From IMG/VR virus record IMGVR_UViG_3300012942_000033, positions 1 to 35,511 of that record: 35,511 nucleotides of DNA; one strand, given 5' to 3'. Positions 24,919-33,246 of the stretch are shown here, piece after piece. The notes beneath the pieces are model-generated. The model worked only from the letters and a program-made list of their open reading frames with translations, was not told the origin of the DNA and ran no database searches. Source of the DNA: a virus (lineage: Duplodnaviria > Heunggongvirae > Uroviricota > Caudoviricetes). Both the position numbers and the translations under genes were made by a program. The first letter of the stretch is position 1, and each line of letters starts with the position of its first letter.

Positions 24919-26435
24919 TGTTTGATAACAAGACCCTACCTAGGAATCCGGGTATCGCTCGCCGTCTGCTTACGTTTGGGCAGATGAACGGTATGACCTT
25001 TGATGAGAAGCTGGTAGAGCTAGCCAGCGAAGATCTAATCACACATGACGATCTAAAGGAAGCCCCCTTCAATCTAACGACCCAAGGCCTCTATGCTCTT
25101 CAGCATATTAGGGACTGGAATTCTAGAGCGGTGATCCTTGGTATTGGCCCAGATCGTGCTCGAGAGGTTGCTCTGACCAATGTCTGGATGCGAGGTGGTC
25201 AGACACTCATTTTGGCCCAACCATCCTGCTATGCAGAATGGGCCTCATTGATCAAGATGGCATGGCCCGAAGCCAAGATCAGTGTTTTCGGTAACCCTCG
25301 ATACCATGATAAAAACCTATCCTATCCCCATGGTGTCAATTTCTCGGATAAGCCTGATCTGGATGCCGACTTCTTTGTCTCTAGTTACGGTGGCGTGATC
25401 TGGCATGATCTTTGTGGCCACGTGACTGTCAACCAAACGATTGTCGAGGAACTCGATCATCAGAGCGCAATCAACTACCGATGGGAAGAGGCGGTTCGAG
25501 GTCTAGTTAGTGAACTACCCCATCCTGTCTTCATCCAGAACATTTTCAACCTACCAAGCGATCATGGTCGGGATAATCTGGCTAGCCTCCAGATGCATTC
25601 CAGCAGAGCATTTAGCTTCATGTTTGATCTGATTTCAGAGTACCTCTGGGCTGGTCTGGATATCGCCTTACCGTTCAAAGGTTCGATCAGGGAGATAGAG
25701 GATTACCTAGCGGCACGTTCCTATCAGGGTTATGACATATTCAAATTGCTGACCATCTTTGGAGTTAGCACGCATCTACTTGATGAAATGAATGGCTTTA
25801 TGCCACCTCTGGTATTCAGAGACTTGACGATTCAGCAATTGAAAGTATCCAAAAGTTCCAAACGATCTGGATCTGGCTTGTATCGCCTTGTAGAGCGAGA
25901 ACGGGATTTAGCAGCCCAACAGGGCCAGTCTATGAGCGTTATAACCAGAGCAGCATTAGATGGTAATGATACCGCATTGACCCTTGTAGGGGACCTCATG
26001 ACTACTCAGTGGTCTAACCTAAAAGCTAATCATGTGAAGGTCACACATGGGGCTATGACGACCCGGTTCTCCAAGAGCTTGATCCTAGTTCATAATCATG
26101 ATCTGAAGCGTGGCTTGAAGCTTCATTTCGGGGCGGCTATTGATGATCTTACTTCAGATCCAGAGACATCCAAGGAGAGGTTTATCCAAGAGCAGTCACG
26201 ATGGACCATATATGCTGGGCTCAAACCCTTGGCTTCTTTGATTGTTACTTTGGATGAACTACAGAACAATCCTAAACTCCTCGATGTTGCGAACTTCCTC
26301 TTCGTGCCTGAATGGAAGACCACCGAAGAGGAATATGGCTCGCTGAAGGAGTTGGCTGATCAACATGGCACCAGGCTGGTTCTAACCATCCTTGACAGCA
26401 CGTTTGAAGAAAGAGTTTACCAGCACCTCCACTGA
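24918..26435 (+). CDS. Degenerate SNF2-family helicase-like protein (catalytic motifs lost), 505 aa
   Basis: SNF2 scaffold segments 'TLILAQPSCYAEW..LI..AWP...ISVFG', 'FFVSSYG', 'STFEERVY' are present; Walker A is replaced by 'GIGPDRAR' and DExH by 'EELDH'. Confidence 0.6.
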   Translation: MFDNKTLPRNPGIARRLLTFGQMNGMTFDEKLVELASEDLITHDDLKEAPFNLTTQGLYALQHIRDWNSRAVILGIGPDRAREVALTNVWMRGGQTLILAQPSCYAEWASLIKMAWPEAKISVFGNPRYHDKNLSYPHGVNFSDKPDLDADFFVSSYGGVIWHDLCGHVTVNQTIVEELDHQSAINYRWEEAVRGLVSELPHPVFIQNIFNLPSDHGRDNLASLQMHSSRAFSFMFDLISEYLWAGLDIALPFKGSIREIEDYLAARSYQGYDIFKLLTIFGVSTHLLDEMNGFMPPLVFRDLTIQQLKVSKSSKRSGSGLYRLVERERDLAAQQGQSMSVITRAALDGNDTALTLVGDLMTTQWSNLKANHVKVTHGAMTTRFSKSLILVHNHDLKRGLKLHFGAAIDDLTSDPETSKERFIQEQSRWTIYAGLKPLASLIVTLDELQNNPKLLDVANFLFVPEWKTTEEEYGSLKELADQHGTRLVLTILDSTFEERVYQHLH

Positions 26436-26439
26436 CAGG

Positions 26440-26445
26440 TAAATA
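26440..26445 (+). promoter_or_regulatory. TAAATA late-type motif upstream of uvsW
   Basis: GGTAAATA just after the SNF2-like stop codon. Confidence 0.35.
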
Positions 26446-26471
26446 GTAAGCTGGAGGGTGTCTCCAGTTTA

Positions 26472-26517
26472 TAGACGTAGCCCTGCTGAACTCTGTATAT
26501 TGGAGTGCAGTAGGGCT
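26472..26517 (+). promoter_or_regulatory. Candidate promoter TAGACG-N18-TATATT embedded in a long inverted repeat
   Basis: AGCCCTGCTG-a-ACTCT-gtatatt-GGAGT-g-CAGTAGGGCT (26479-26517). Confidence 0.45.
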
Positions 26518-26553
26518 TTCCTATGACCCACATAACAAAACATAAGTGGTCGC

Positions 26554-28047
26554 ATGACAATCAAAAAATGTACCCTTGTGATTCACGATGAAGTGAATGC
26601 AAGTTTCAAAGATCTAGATCCCCAGACTAGACGCGAATGTGAAGCAGCCTTGAAGTTCTTCATTCATGCTGCTCGTCACATGCCAGCTTTTAAGTTAGGT
26701 CGTTGGGATGGTTGTGCGCGTTTCTTTGCGCTCAATGGTAACACCTATGTGAACCTCTTAGATAGGGTTCTAGATATCATTATCAACGCTGGTTATGATA
26801 TTGAACTTGAGGATCATCGGATTGCGAGAACCTTTGAGTTTCCATTCGTTGATGAAGACTTCGTATCCAACAATGCCCCAAACCCAGTGTGGCCTAAGGG
26901 TCACCCAGTTGAAGGCCAGCCGATCAAGCTGCGTGATTACCAGGTTGAAATCATTCGATCTTTTTTGGAGAATCCCCAGTGTGTGCAGGAGATTGCTACT
27001 GGGGCTGGCAAAACGCTCTTGACAGCAACCCTGAGCTATCTGTGTGAAGAACATGGCAGAACCATCGTCATTGTACCCAATAAGAGCCTCGTTGACCAGA
27101 CTGAAGCTGATTACAAGAACCTAGGTCTGGATGTTGGTGTCTACTATGGTGACCGCAAGGATTACGGTAAGACCCACACCATCTGCACGTGGCAGAGCCT
27201 ATCCATCATGGATAAGAATTCCAAGAAGAATACACTCAAGCCTACCCAGCAGGACATTGACACGTTCACCAAGGATGTGGTTGCTGTGATGGTCGATGAG
27301 ACCCATATGGCGAAGGCTGATAAGCTGAAATCATTGCTTTGTGGGCCATTCGCCAATGTGCCAATCCGTTGGGGTTTAACTGGAACGGTACCCAAGGAAG
27401 ATCATGAGTTCACATCAATCCTAGCTGGTATTGGCCCTGTCGTAAATCGTCTTTCGGCCAAAGAGCTCCAAGATAAAGACGTTCTCGCCAAATGCCACGT
27501 TGATATTATCCAGCTCATGGATAGTTTGGAGTTCGACTCGTTCCATGAGGAAAACAACTTCCTAGTCACTGATTCTAACCATCTGGATTGGATCAGTGAC
27601 TTTGCGATCAAGCAGAGTCAATCAGGTAACACGTTGGTTCTGGTGAATCGGGTTGAAACTGGCAAGGAGTTGGAGGAGCGAATTCCAGATAGCACTTTCG
27701 TCTATGGCAATGTGAAAGCTCAAGACCGTAAGGATGCCTATGATGAAATTGGCCAGGGGACCAATCAGATTGTTATTGCGAGTTATGGCGTAGCCGCAGT
27801 GGGTATCAACATTCCTCGTATCTTCAACCTCATCTTAGTCGAACCAGGTAAGAGCTTCGTTCGGGTCATCCAATCCATTGGTCGTGGTATTCGTAAGGCT
27901 AAGGATAAGGATTACGTTCAGATCTTCGACATCGCGTCTACGTGTAAGTTCAGTGCTCGCCATGTGACCGCTCGGAAGAAAATCTACAAGGATGCCAGCT
28001 ATCCTCACACCGTGAGGAAGGTCAATTACATCCAGGATCTATCCTGA
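26554..28047 (+). CDS. uvsW: UvsW-like SF2 DNA helicase, 497 aa
   Basis: 'PAFKLGRWDG', 'LRDYQ', Walker A 'ATGAGKT', 'VDETH', 'GLTGT', 'AVGINIPRI', 'QSIGRGIR'. Confidence 0.93.
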   Translation: MTIKKCTLVIHDEVNASFKDLDPQTRRECEAALKFFIHAARHMPAFKLGRWDGCARFFALNGNTYVNLLDRVLDIIINAGYDIELEDHRIARTFEFPFVDEDFVSNNAPNPVWPKGHPVEGQPIKLRDYQVEIIRSFLENPQCVQEIATGAGKTLLTATLSYLCEEHGRTIVIVPNKSLVDQTEADYKNLGLDVGVYYGDRKDYGKTHTICTWQSLSIMDKNSKKNTLKPTQQDIDTFTKDVVAVMVDETHMAKADKLKSLLCGPFANVPIRWGLTGTVPKEDHEFTSILAGIGPVVNRLSAKELQDKDVLAKCHVDIIQLMDSLEFDSFHEENNFLVTDSNHLDWISDFAIKQSQSGNTLVLVNRVETGKELEERIPDSTFVYGNVKAQDRKDAYDEIGQGTNQIVIASYGVAAVGINIPRIFNLILVEPGKSFVRVIQSIGRGIRKAKDKDYVQIFDIASTCKFSARHVTARKKIYKDASYPHTVRKVNYIQDLS

Positions 28048-28124
28048 TACTGGTATTGAAGCCCCATCATACAATCACCACTTCTAGGATTATTCCTTCG
28101 GTGGATCTAAGGTAAAAGCGTAAA

Positions 28125-28625
28125 ATGAGAATCCTAACAACCGACAACCAACCATTTGAGATGAATAACATACCCGATGAAGTCGATGATATCAGGTATT
28201 GTGTAATCGACTATTCGGATCAGGCGAATATCGATTATGTATTCATTCCGTTACTCTTCTTGGAGAGTTTCAATAGCCCTGCGGTCGATCTGCGTCTTGG
28301 CAAATATAGGGTTCAGATGCCGATGGATTGGAGCATCGTAATTGGTGATAAGAACTCAGGTGATCTTGAGATCCTATCCTTGAAGCAATTGAATGATCGC
28401 CCCTTTGATGCTTTCTCGATCAACCCTATCAACGGCTATATGCCGTACTTTCATGATATTGAAATCATGAATGTCTTCCCCGATGTCAAATGGTACTTCC
28501 CCAAATTGAAATACGGCCATATCCTCGCCACTCCACTCGACGATAGTGATTCTCCTCAGTGTTGCTTCTTCGTCAAAGATACCAACAAGATTCCTGAGCA
28601 CCTGGATATCACTCAACTGGTCTGA
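28125..28625 (+). CDS. Conserved hypothetical protein, 166 aa
   Basis: Clean ORF following uvsW; 'MRILT.DN..F', 'WYFPKLK.G' recalled from jumbo-phage proteins in this position. Confidence 0.8.
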   Translation: MRILTTDNQPFEMNNIPDEVDDIRYCVIDYSDQANIDYVFIPLLFLESFNSPAVDLRLGKYRVQMPMDWSIVIGDKNSGDLEILSLKQLNDRPFDAFSINPINGYMPYFHDIEIMNVFPDVKWYFPKLKYGHILATPLDDSDSPQCCFFVKDTNKIPEHLDITQLV

Positions 28626-28912
28626 TGGGTAAATTGATCATCCTACCAGGGGTAGACCTGGATCCACCTAATCGTAATGAGTTGGTCGATGAGGCCTCCG
28701 AAATCATCATGAAGGAGATTGCTGGGGTCTTCGTTGAGCAGAAGTTCGAGCCAGGATGTCTAGGTGCCTGGCACCGAGAGGTTCGTGACTATTTCTGGAG
28801 GCAGGAGATCCTGCTCATTGACCGAGACTTCCGATATGAAGATCTACGACGATGGAAGCACTTTTGGCGAGATCAGACCCTCAAGTTCATAGCGAGTAAG
28901 CGTATCCGATAA
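28625..28912 (+). CDS. Hypothetical protein, 95 aa
   Basis: TGATG overlap with the upstream gene. Confidence 0.65.
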   Translation: MGKLIILPGVDLDPPNRNELVDEASEIIMKEIAGVFVEQKFEPGCLGAWHREVRDYFWRQEILLIDRDFRYEDLRRWKHFWRDQTLKFIASKRIR

Positions 28913-28913
28913 A

Positions 28914-28943
28914 TTGACGCAGCAAGATGCACCACGTTAGGGT
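28914..28943 (+). promoter_or_regulatory. Candidate promoter TTGACG-N18-TAGGGT
   Basis: AAATTGACG shared with 31822 and 34071; intergenic before ORF 28950. Confidence 0.5.
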
Positions 28944-28949
28944 TGGGTC

Positions 28950-29207
28950 ATGGAAGCTAAGATCACCATTCCCCAACCCTATCCAGTCATCTGGGATTGG
29001 AAGGTCAGTCGAGAAACAGAGGTGATCGACTGGATGCGGAAGAATATCCAAAGCAAGCATGAGGGATTCTTCCTTTGTAAGGGTTCTGGTAAGATCGTCG
29101 TGAATAGTGATCATATTGATCATTGCAATATGGATGATGTGATCATTTGGCTCTTTGAAAGCCCTCGAGATGCAATGCTCTTCAAACTGACTTGGGGTGG
29201 AAAATAA
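28950..29207 (+). CDS. Hypothetical protein ('F...DAMLFKL.W' family), 85 aa
   Basis: C-terminal 'WLFESPRDAMLFKLTWG'. Confidence 0.75.
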   Translation: MEAKITIPQPYPVIWDWKVSRETEVIDWMRKNIQSKHEGFFLCKGSGKIVVNSDHIDHCNMDDVIIWLFESPRDAMLFKLTWGGK

Positions 29208-29731
29208 TGGCAAAGAAACCGGTCACACCGAAGGCACCAAGCAAGCCAAAGCTAGACATCAAAGATGAGATGTTTCACGCAGAGCGCAAGGATTTCAATT
29301 GGCTAGATGAGCAATCGGAAGAGCTGAAGAAGACCTTTAGCCCCCTGATCGCTATGAAGTGGTTCAGTGTGGAATTCAAAGAACCAGACCACTACATCTT
29401 CATGGTTAATGAACTCCTGAACATCAACGACTTTTGGGAAATATCCGGTAAGCATCCTGATCTAGCCTGGCGCATTCTGTGTGCCATAGGTAGAGGCCGA
29501 AAGGATGGTGACCGTAGTCACGGCTGGGTGCCTTTGGCCAATAGGCGAAAGACGGTAAGCAGGGTGGATAGTGTCTTTCTACAGCTCTATCCACAATTGA
29601 ACGATGAGGAATTGGCTCTCCTGAGGAGTAAGTATGACAAAGAGTCATTCAAACAACTCCTCAGAGATATGGGTATGGCTGATAATGAGATCAAACCTCT
29701 TGTCGAGGAATTCAAGAAAACCAATGGCTGA
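29207..29731 (+). CDS. Putative clamp-loader small subunit (gp62-like), 174 aa
   Basis: 'FSPLIAMKWFS', 'VNELLN', 'KHPDLAWRILC' pattern recalled for gp62-like proteins; TAATG overlap. Confidence 0.6.
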   Translation: MAKKPVTPKAPSKPKLDIKDEMFHAERKDFNWLDEQSEELKKTFSPLIAMKWFSVEFKEPDHYIFMVNELLNINDFWEISGKHPDLAWRILCAIGRGRKDGDRSHGWVPLANRRKTVSRVDSVFLQLYPQLNDEELALLRSKYDKESFKQLLRDMGMADNEIKPLVEEFKKTNG

Positions 29732-30461
29732 GGTGACTGAGAAACCCAAGAGAGCTAAGAAGGTCAAAGTGGTCGCTCCACCACCCGCACCTGGTTTTGC
29801 CTGTGAATTCTGTAAGAAGTCATTCTCCAAAGAAAGCACCCTGATCAACCACATGTGTGAAAAGAAGCGTAGGTGGTTGTGGAAGGATGAACGGTATATC
29901 AGGATCGGCTTTATGGCCTTCCAGAAGTTCTACGAGCTTTCGGTGCGATCGAAGAAGTTGAAGTCATATGAGGATTTCATGGATTCCAATTACTTCAGCG
30001 CTTTCACCAAATTTGGTCGATACATTGAGCATATCAACGCCATTGAGGTGTCGGGTTTCACCGAGATGCTTATCAAGAATAACATCAAGCTCGATGATTG
30101 GACCAATGAAATCTGGTATGAAAGTTGGACACGCGAGCTCACAAGAAAAGAGCTTCCGCTCAAGGCTGTAGAGCGAAACATTCTCCTCATGGAGCAATGG
30201 GGGCGCGAAACTGGTGAGAATTGGGTAGACTTCTTTCGCAAAGTTAGCACCTCGCAGGCCACTCTTTGGATTAAAAAGGGTAGGATATCACCCTGGTTAC
30301 TCTACAGCGGTGTGGGCCAACCGTTATTCGATAGACTTTCAGACGAGCAATTGGGTCTGGTTAGAGAATGGATCAATCCACTCTTTTGGAATTCAAAAAT
30401 CCGAGAGCACAAGGAAGAGGTTGATCAGATTCGTAAAATCCTTGAAGAGGCAGGTGTGTAA
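29724..30461 (+). CDS. Hypothetical protein with N-terminal C2HC zinc finger, 245 aa
   Basis: 'FACEFCKKSFSKESTLINHMCEKKRRW'; C-terminal 'GRISPWLLY'. Confidence 0.8.
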   Translation: MAEVTEKPKRAKKVKVVAPPPAPGFACEFCKKSFSKESTLINHMCEKKRRWLWKDERYIRIGFMAFQKFYELSVRSKKLKSYEDFMDSNYFSAFTKFGRYIEHINAIEVSGFTEMLIKNNIKLDDWTNEIWYESWTRELTRKELPLKAVERNILLMEQWGRETGENWVDFFRKVSTSQATLWIKKGRISPWLLYSGVGQPLFDRLSDEQLGLVREWINPLFWNSKIREHKEEVDQIRKILEEAGV

Positions 30462-31165
30462 TGGCGATTATTGATCCAAATAGTTCTTGGAGCCCTAGCA
30501 ATCGTGATACCTATTATGATTCTCTGAATAACAAGCTGGCCATTTTTAACGGAGACCAGTGGAGTTACGCTGATCCACCCAAGCCCACTCCGGAAGAACT
30601 AGAGAGGATGGATGAGTATCAGAGATCCAAAGAGCTCAAGGATGCGGAACACAAGGAGAAACTTGAAGCTCTGAAGACCGTGTTTCCACGTGGCTATAAG
30701 TCAATTGATCACTTTGATGTTATGGTTGATATTGCGCGGATGGATCAACTCAACCCCCTGTATGAGAAGGTTCTCAAAGAGTTTGAGGATGCTCAGACTG
30801 CCCTCCATCGCGCGGCAAACAAACTAGCTAGTGCGGTGAAGTTGACTGATTCGGAGAAGATTGAAGAAGCCAGCAAGAAGATTGAGGATTTGAACTCCTT
30901 CAATTCAGGTATGGCTTCAATGTCTACCAGATACGGTCTCCACCCATCTTACGCCTCGACCCTCTATGGTAAGAATATCTCCACAGCGACACTAGCAAAC
31001 ACGACCCAGGGATTAGCAACTCAGGTTATGGGCCCAACAGGGCCCATGGGCCCTATGGGTGCTCAGGGACCTGCTGGCCCTAAGGGCGATAAAGGAGAAC
31101 CTGGTGATCCAGGAACTTCCTCTTGGGATGGTATTCGCAACTGGTTCAGGGGCCTTTTGAAATGA
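30461..31165 (+). CDS. Coiled-coil protein with short collagen-like (G-X-Y) tract, 234 aa
   Basis: GPTGPMGPMGAQGPAGPKGDKGEPGDPGTS near the C-terminus. Confidence 0.75.
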   Translation: MAIIDPNSSWSPSNRDTYYDSLNNKLAIFNGDQWSYADPPKPTPEELERMDEYQRSKELKDAEHKEKLEALKTVFPRGYKSIDHFDVMVDIARMDQLNPLYEKVLKEFEDAQTALHRAANKLASAVKLTDSEKIEEASKKIEDLNSFNSGMASMSTRYGLHPSYASTLYGKNISTATLANTTQGLATQVMGPTGPMGPMGAQGPAGPKGDKGEPGDPGTSSWDGIRNWFRGLLK

Positions 31166-31488
31166 AGTTCACAAAGAGCAACATGGCTTACAACCGTGAA
31201 GACATGATCGATTTTGCGAGGAAGTCAGAGAACGTCTTCTACAAATCGGCTTTGATGGCCTATGATACCGCGTCTGAGGTCGTGGCATTGGCTGAAGCAG
31301 AACGAGATGCGGCCTTTGAAAAGCTAGCCATGCAGATCAAGCTCATGGATGATGACACGTATAGCCGTTCAGCTCTAGATGCGGATGAACTCTCCGGTTT
31401 AACCAAAGGTGATAAGATCATGTATCTGATTAGCAAGGGTAAGTTCCGTTTGGGTCACACCAGGATCTGTTTGGATGATGACGCATAA
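31162..31488 (+). CDS. Hypothetical protein, 108 aa
   Basis: ATGA overlap at 31162. Confidence 0.7.
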   Translation: MKFTKSNMAYNREDMIDFARKSENVFYKSALMAYDTASEVVALAEAERDAAFEKLAMQIKLMDDDTYSRSALDADELSGLTKGDKIMYLISKGKFRLGHTRICLDDDA

Positions 31489-31496
31489 GTAATCAT

Positions 31497-31838
31497 ATGG
31501 AAGACGATGATAACATCCTATGGAACATGTATGGCGGTGGAAGTGTAACACCTAAACCATCTGCCCCTCCACCCGAGAAGTTCAAGATGGCAAGTCGTGT
31601 CATCGGTGGCATGAAGGCACAGAACAGTCATACTAAGACTATCGAACTTGATGGCGAGTTCCACACTTTCCCCAAAGCCGAGTATGTGGCTCAACTTGAG
31701 GCACAACTCAAAGAAGTTCGCCAGCAATTCCGAGACCTTCAGACCAAGCAACAGCGTCTGGTAAGGGCCAACAATCGTGCGCTTGAGAAGATCCGCCAGA
31801 TCGAGATTGAGCTGGCTAACAAAATTGACGCACGGTAG
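31497..31838 (+). CDS. Hypothetical coiled-coil protein, 113 aa
   Basis: C-terminal heptad-rich helix. Confidence 0.75.
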   Translation: MEDDDNILWNMYGGGSVTPKPSAPPPEKFKMASRVIGGMKAQNSHTKTIELDGEFHTFPKAEYVAQLEAQLKEVRQQFRDLQTKQQRLVRANNRALEKIRQIEIELANKIDAR

Positions 31839-31854
31839 TCAGAGTTCGTAATCT
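31825..31854 (+). promoter_or_regulatory. Candidate promoter TTGACG-N18-TAATCT
   Basis: Ends 6 nt before ATG 31861 (possibly a leaderless mRNA); flanked by GTCAGA/TCTGGT repeat. Confidence 0.5.
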
Positions 31855-31860
31855 GGTCTA

Positions 31861-32466
31861 ATGGGTAAGAAGATACCAGATGTAGATATTGACTTCAAGG
31901 ACCGTGATGCGGCGCTTGAAAACCTTCTACATATCCCCGCCAGTCGTCTAGAGAAGGGCGATCTCAAGAAGCACATCGTTGGAGTGTACTTTCAAAGCAT
32001 ACCCAGAGATCCCCTTACAGGGTTGGCTAGCATACCCTATGATGCCGCGGAACAACGGGGTTATTTCAAGCTGGATTTCCTCAACCTTGGTGTCTACAAA
32101 GGCGTCAGAGATGAAGCCCACTTAGATGCCTTGGTGTCTCGCGAACCTATGTGGGAAATGCTTGAGGATCAGGTGATTGTTGATCAGCTCTTCCATCTAT
32201 CTGGTCATTATGACATTGTGAGCGCCTATAAGCCCAAGTCAATCTATCAGTTGGCTATGGTTCTAGCTCTTATCAGGCCCGGTAAACGACATCTTCAAGG
32301 TCTGGATTGGAATCTCATAGAGGGTGATATATGGACCAGTGACAGTGAGGAATACACGTTCAAACGGGCTCATGCGATAAGCTATTCGCATGTTATTGTA
32401 GTGCAAATGAATCTACTGCTGGAACAAGCACTTGCAGAACCGTCGCTACAGCCTGACGATCAGTGA
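31861..32466 (+). CDS. Minimal DNA polymerase III alpha (DnaE)-like protein, 201 aa
   Basis: 'PDVDIDF', 'KHIVGVY', 'YFKLDFLNL', 'FKRAHAISY' match DnaE PDIDIDF / HAAGVV / KFDFLGL / FNKSHAAAY. Confidence 0.8.
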   Translation: MGKKIPDVDIDFKDRDAALENLLHIPASRLEKGDLKKHIVGVYFQSIPRDPLTGLASIPYDAAEQRGYFKLDFLNLGVYKGVRDEAHLDALVSREPMWEMLEDQVIVDQLFHLSGHYDIVSAYKPKSIYQLAMVLALIRPGKRHLQGLDWNLIEGDIWTSDSEEYTFKRAHAISYSHVIVVQMNLLLEQALAEPSLQPDDQ

Positions 32467-32815
32467 TCTTCGACCATTCCGCCCCTATCTGGAGGTGGAT
32501 GTCATCAGCACAATCTATCCAACTGAGATGCGAATCTGCTCAATACCTTTGACTCAATTGGCTAGCCATGAGATAGGTCTTCAGGATGGTAGGTTCTTGA
32601 ATTTTTCAACCCATACACAGGATCACCTGGTAGGTTATTGGATCGCCGCCGACCAGAATTTGGAGCAAGACTTTACGACCAAGTTGACATGGATAGACCA
32701 GAATGTGAAGGCTGATTGGTATTTCGAGATGTCAATGATCCATATAGGTCAAATCAGAATGATTTGGAGTTTCATTGATGTTAATGAGGCGATGCTCTTC
32801 AAATTGAGCTTCTAG
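32432..32815 (+). CDS. Hypothetical protein ('F...EAMLFKL' family), up to 127 aa
   Basis: C-terminal 'WSFIDVNEAMLFKLSF'; start uncertain. Confidence 0.65.
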   Translation: MQNRRYSLTISDLRPFRPYLEVDVISTIYPTEMRICSIPLTQLASHEIGLQDGRFLNFSTHTQDHLVGYWIAADQNLEQDFTTKLTWIDQNVKADWYFEMSMIHIGQIRMIWSFIDVNEAMLFKLSF

Positions 32816-33177
32816 TCTTGCTTTCGAACCAATTGGATTTGGCGGCGCTTGATTCTTTTGACCATGATGGTATCCAAGGAGACACTTGGCCCCTCGATAA
32901 TTTCAAAATCGTTGGTGATGAACGTCTTGAGATATGGGCGGAATACTGCCCATCTGTCTTTGAGGATTACGTTGATTGGCATCTGGCGATTGGTTTCCCA
33001 CCACCATTCATCACCAAGTTGCAAGAAGAGCTTCTTTGCTTCTTCATCTGGTAACAGGTTGTAGACGTAGATGCTGGTGATCTGATTATCAGAATTGCCA
33101 ATGATACCCAGGTATTCTTGGTCAAGGTATCGACCAAGCGTGAGAAATGGAAACTTTTCTAGTTGGGGAAGCGACAC
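32812..33177 (-). CDS. Conserved hypothetical protein, 121 aa
   Basis: 'EKFPFLT', 'EYLGII.N', 'LGDEWWWETNRQMPINVIL'; has its own minus-strand TAAATA promoter. Confidence 0.8.
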   Translation of the reverse strand: MSLPQLEKFPFLTLGRYLDQEYLGIIGNSDNQITSIYVYNLLPDEEAKKLFLQLGDEWWWETNRQMPINVILKDRWAVFRPYLKTFITNDFEIIEGPSVSLDTIMVKRIKRRQIQLVRKQD

Positions 33178-33196
33178 TCTGAACCTGTAAACCGAA

Positions 33197-33215
33197 CTAA
33201 ATACAGGGTATTTAG
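33197..33215. promoter_or_regulatory. Palindromic pair of divergent late promoters
   Basis: CTAAATAC-agg-GTATTTAG: TAAATA on both strands between divergent genes. Confidence 0.6.
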
Positions 33216-33246
33216 CCCAGCCCTGAATGGCTTCCTGAGGATCGGC

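Noticed and set aside
13066-28047. Inteins or introns in terL, uvsX or uvsW
   Set aside because: Lengths are normal, motifs contiguous, and no C/S...HN-C/S/T splice signatures were seen
9029-33246. Longer upstream starts in the ORF track (9029, 9585, 18451, 22092, 29192, 29634, 31123, 33163; also 3450)
   Set aside because: Downstream ATGs have better SD spacing or stop-start coupling; the extensions overlap promoters, terminators or other genes
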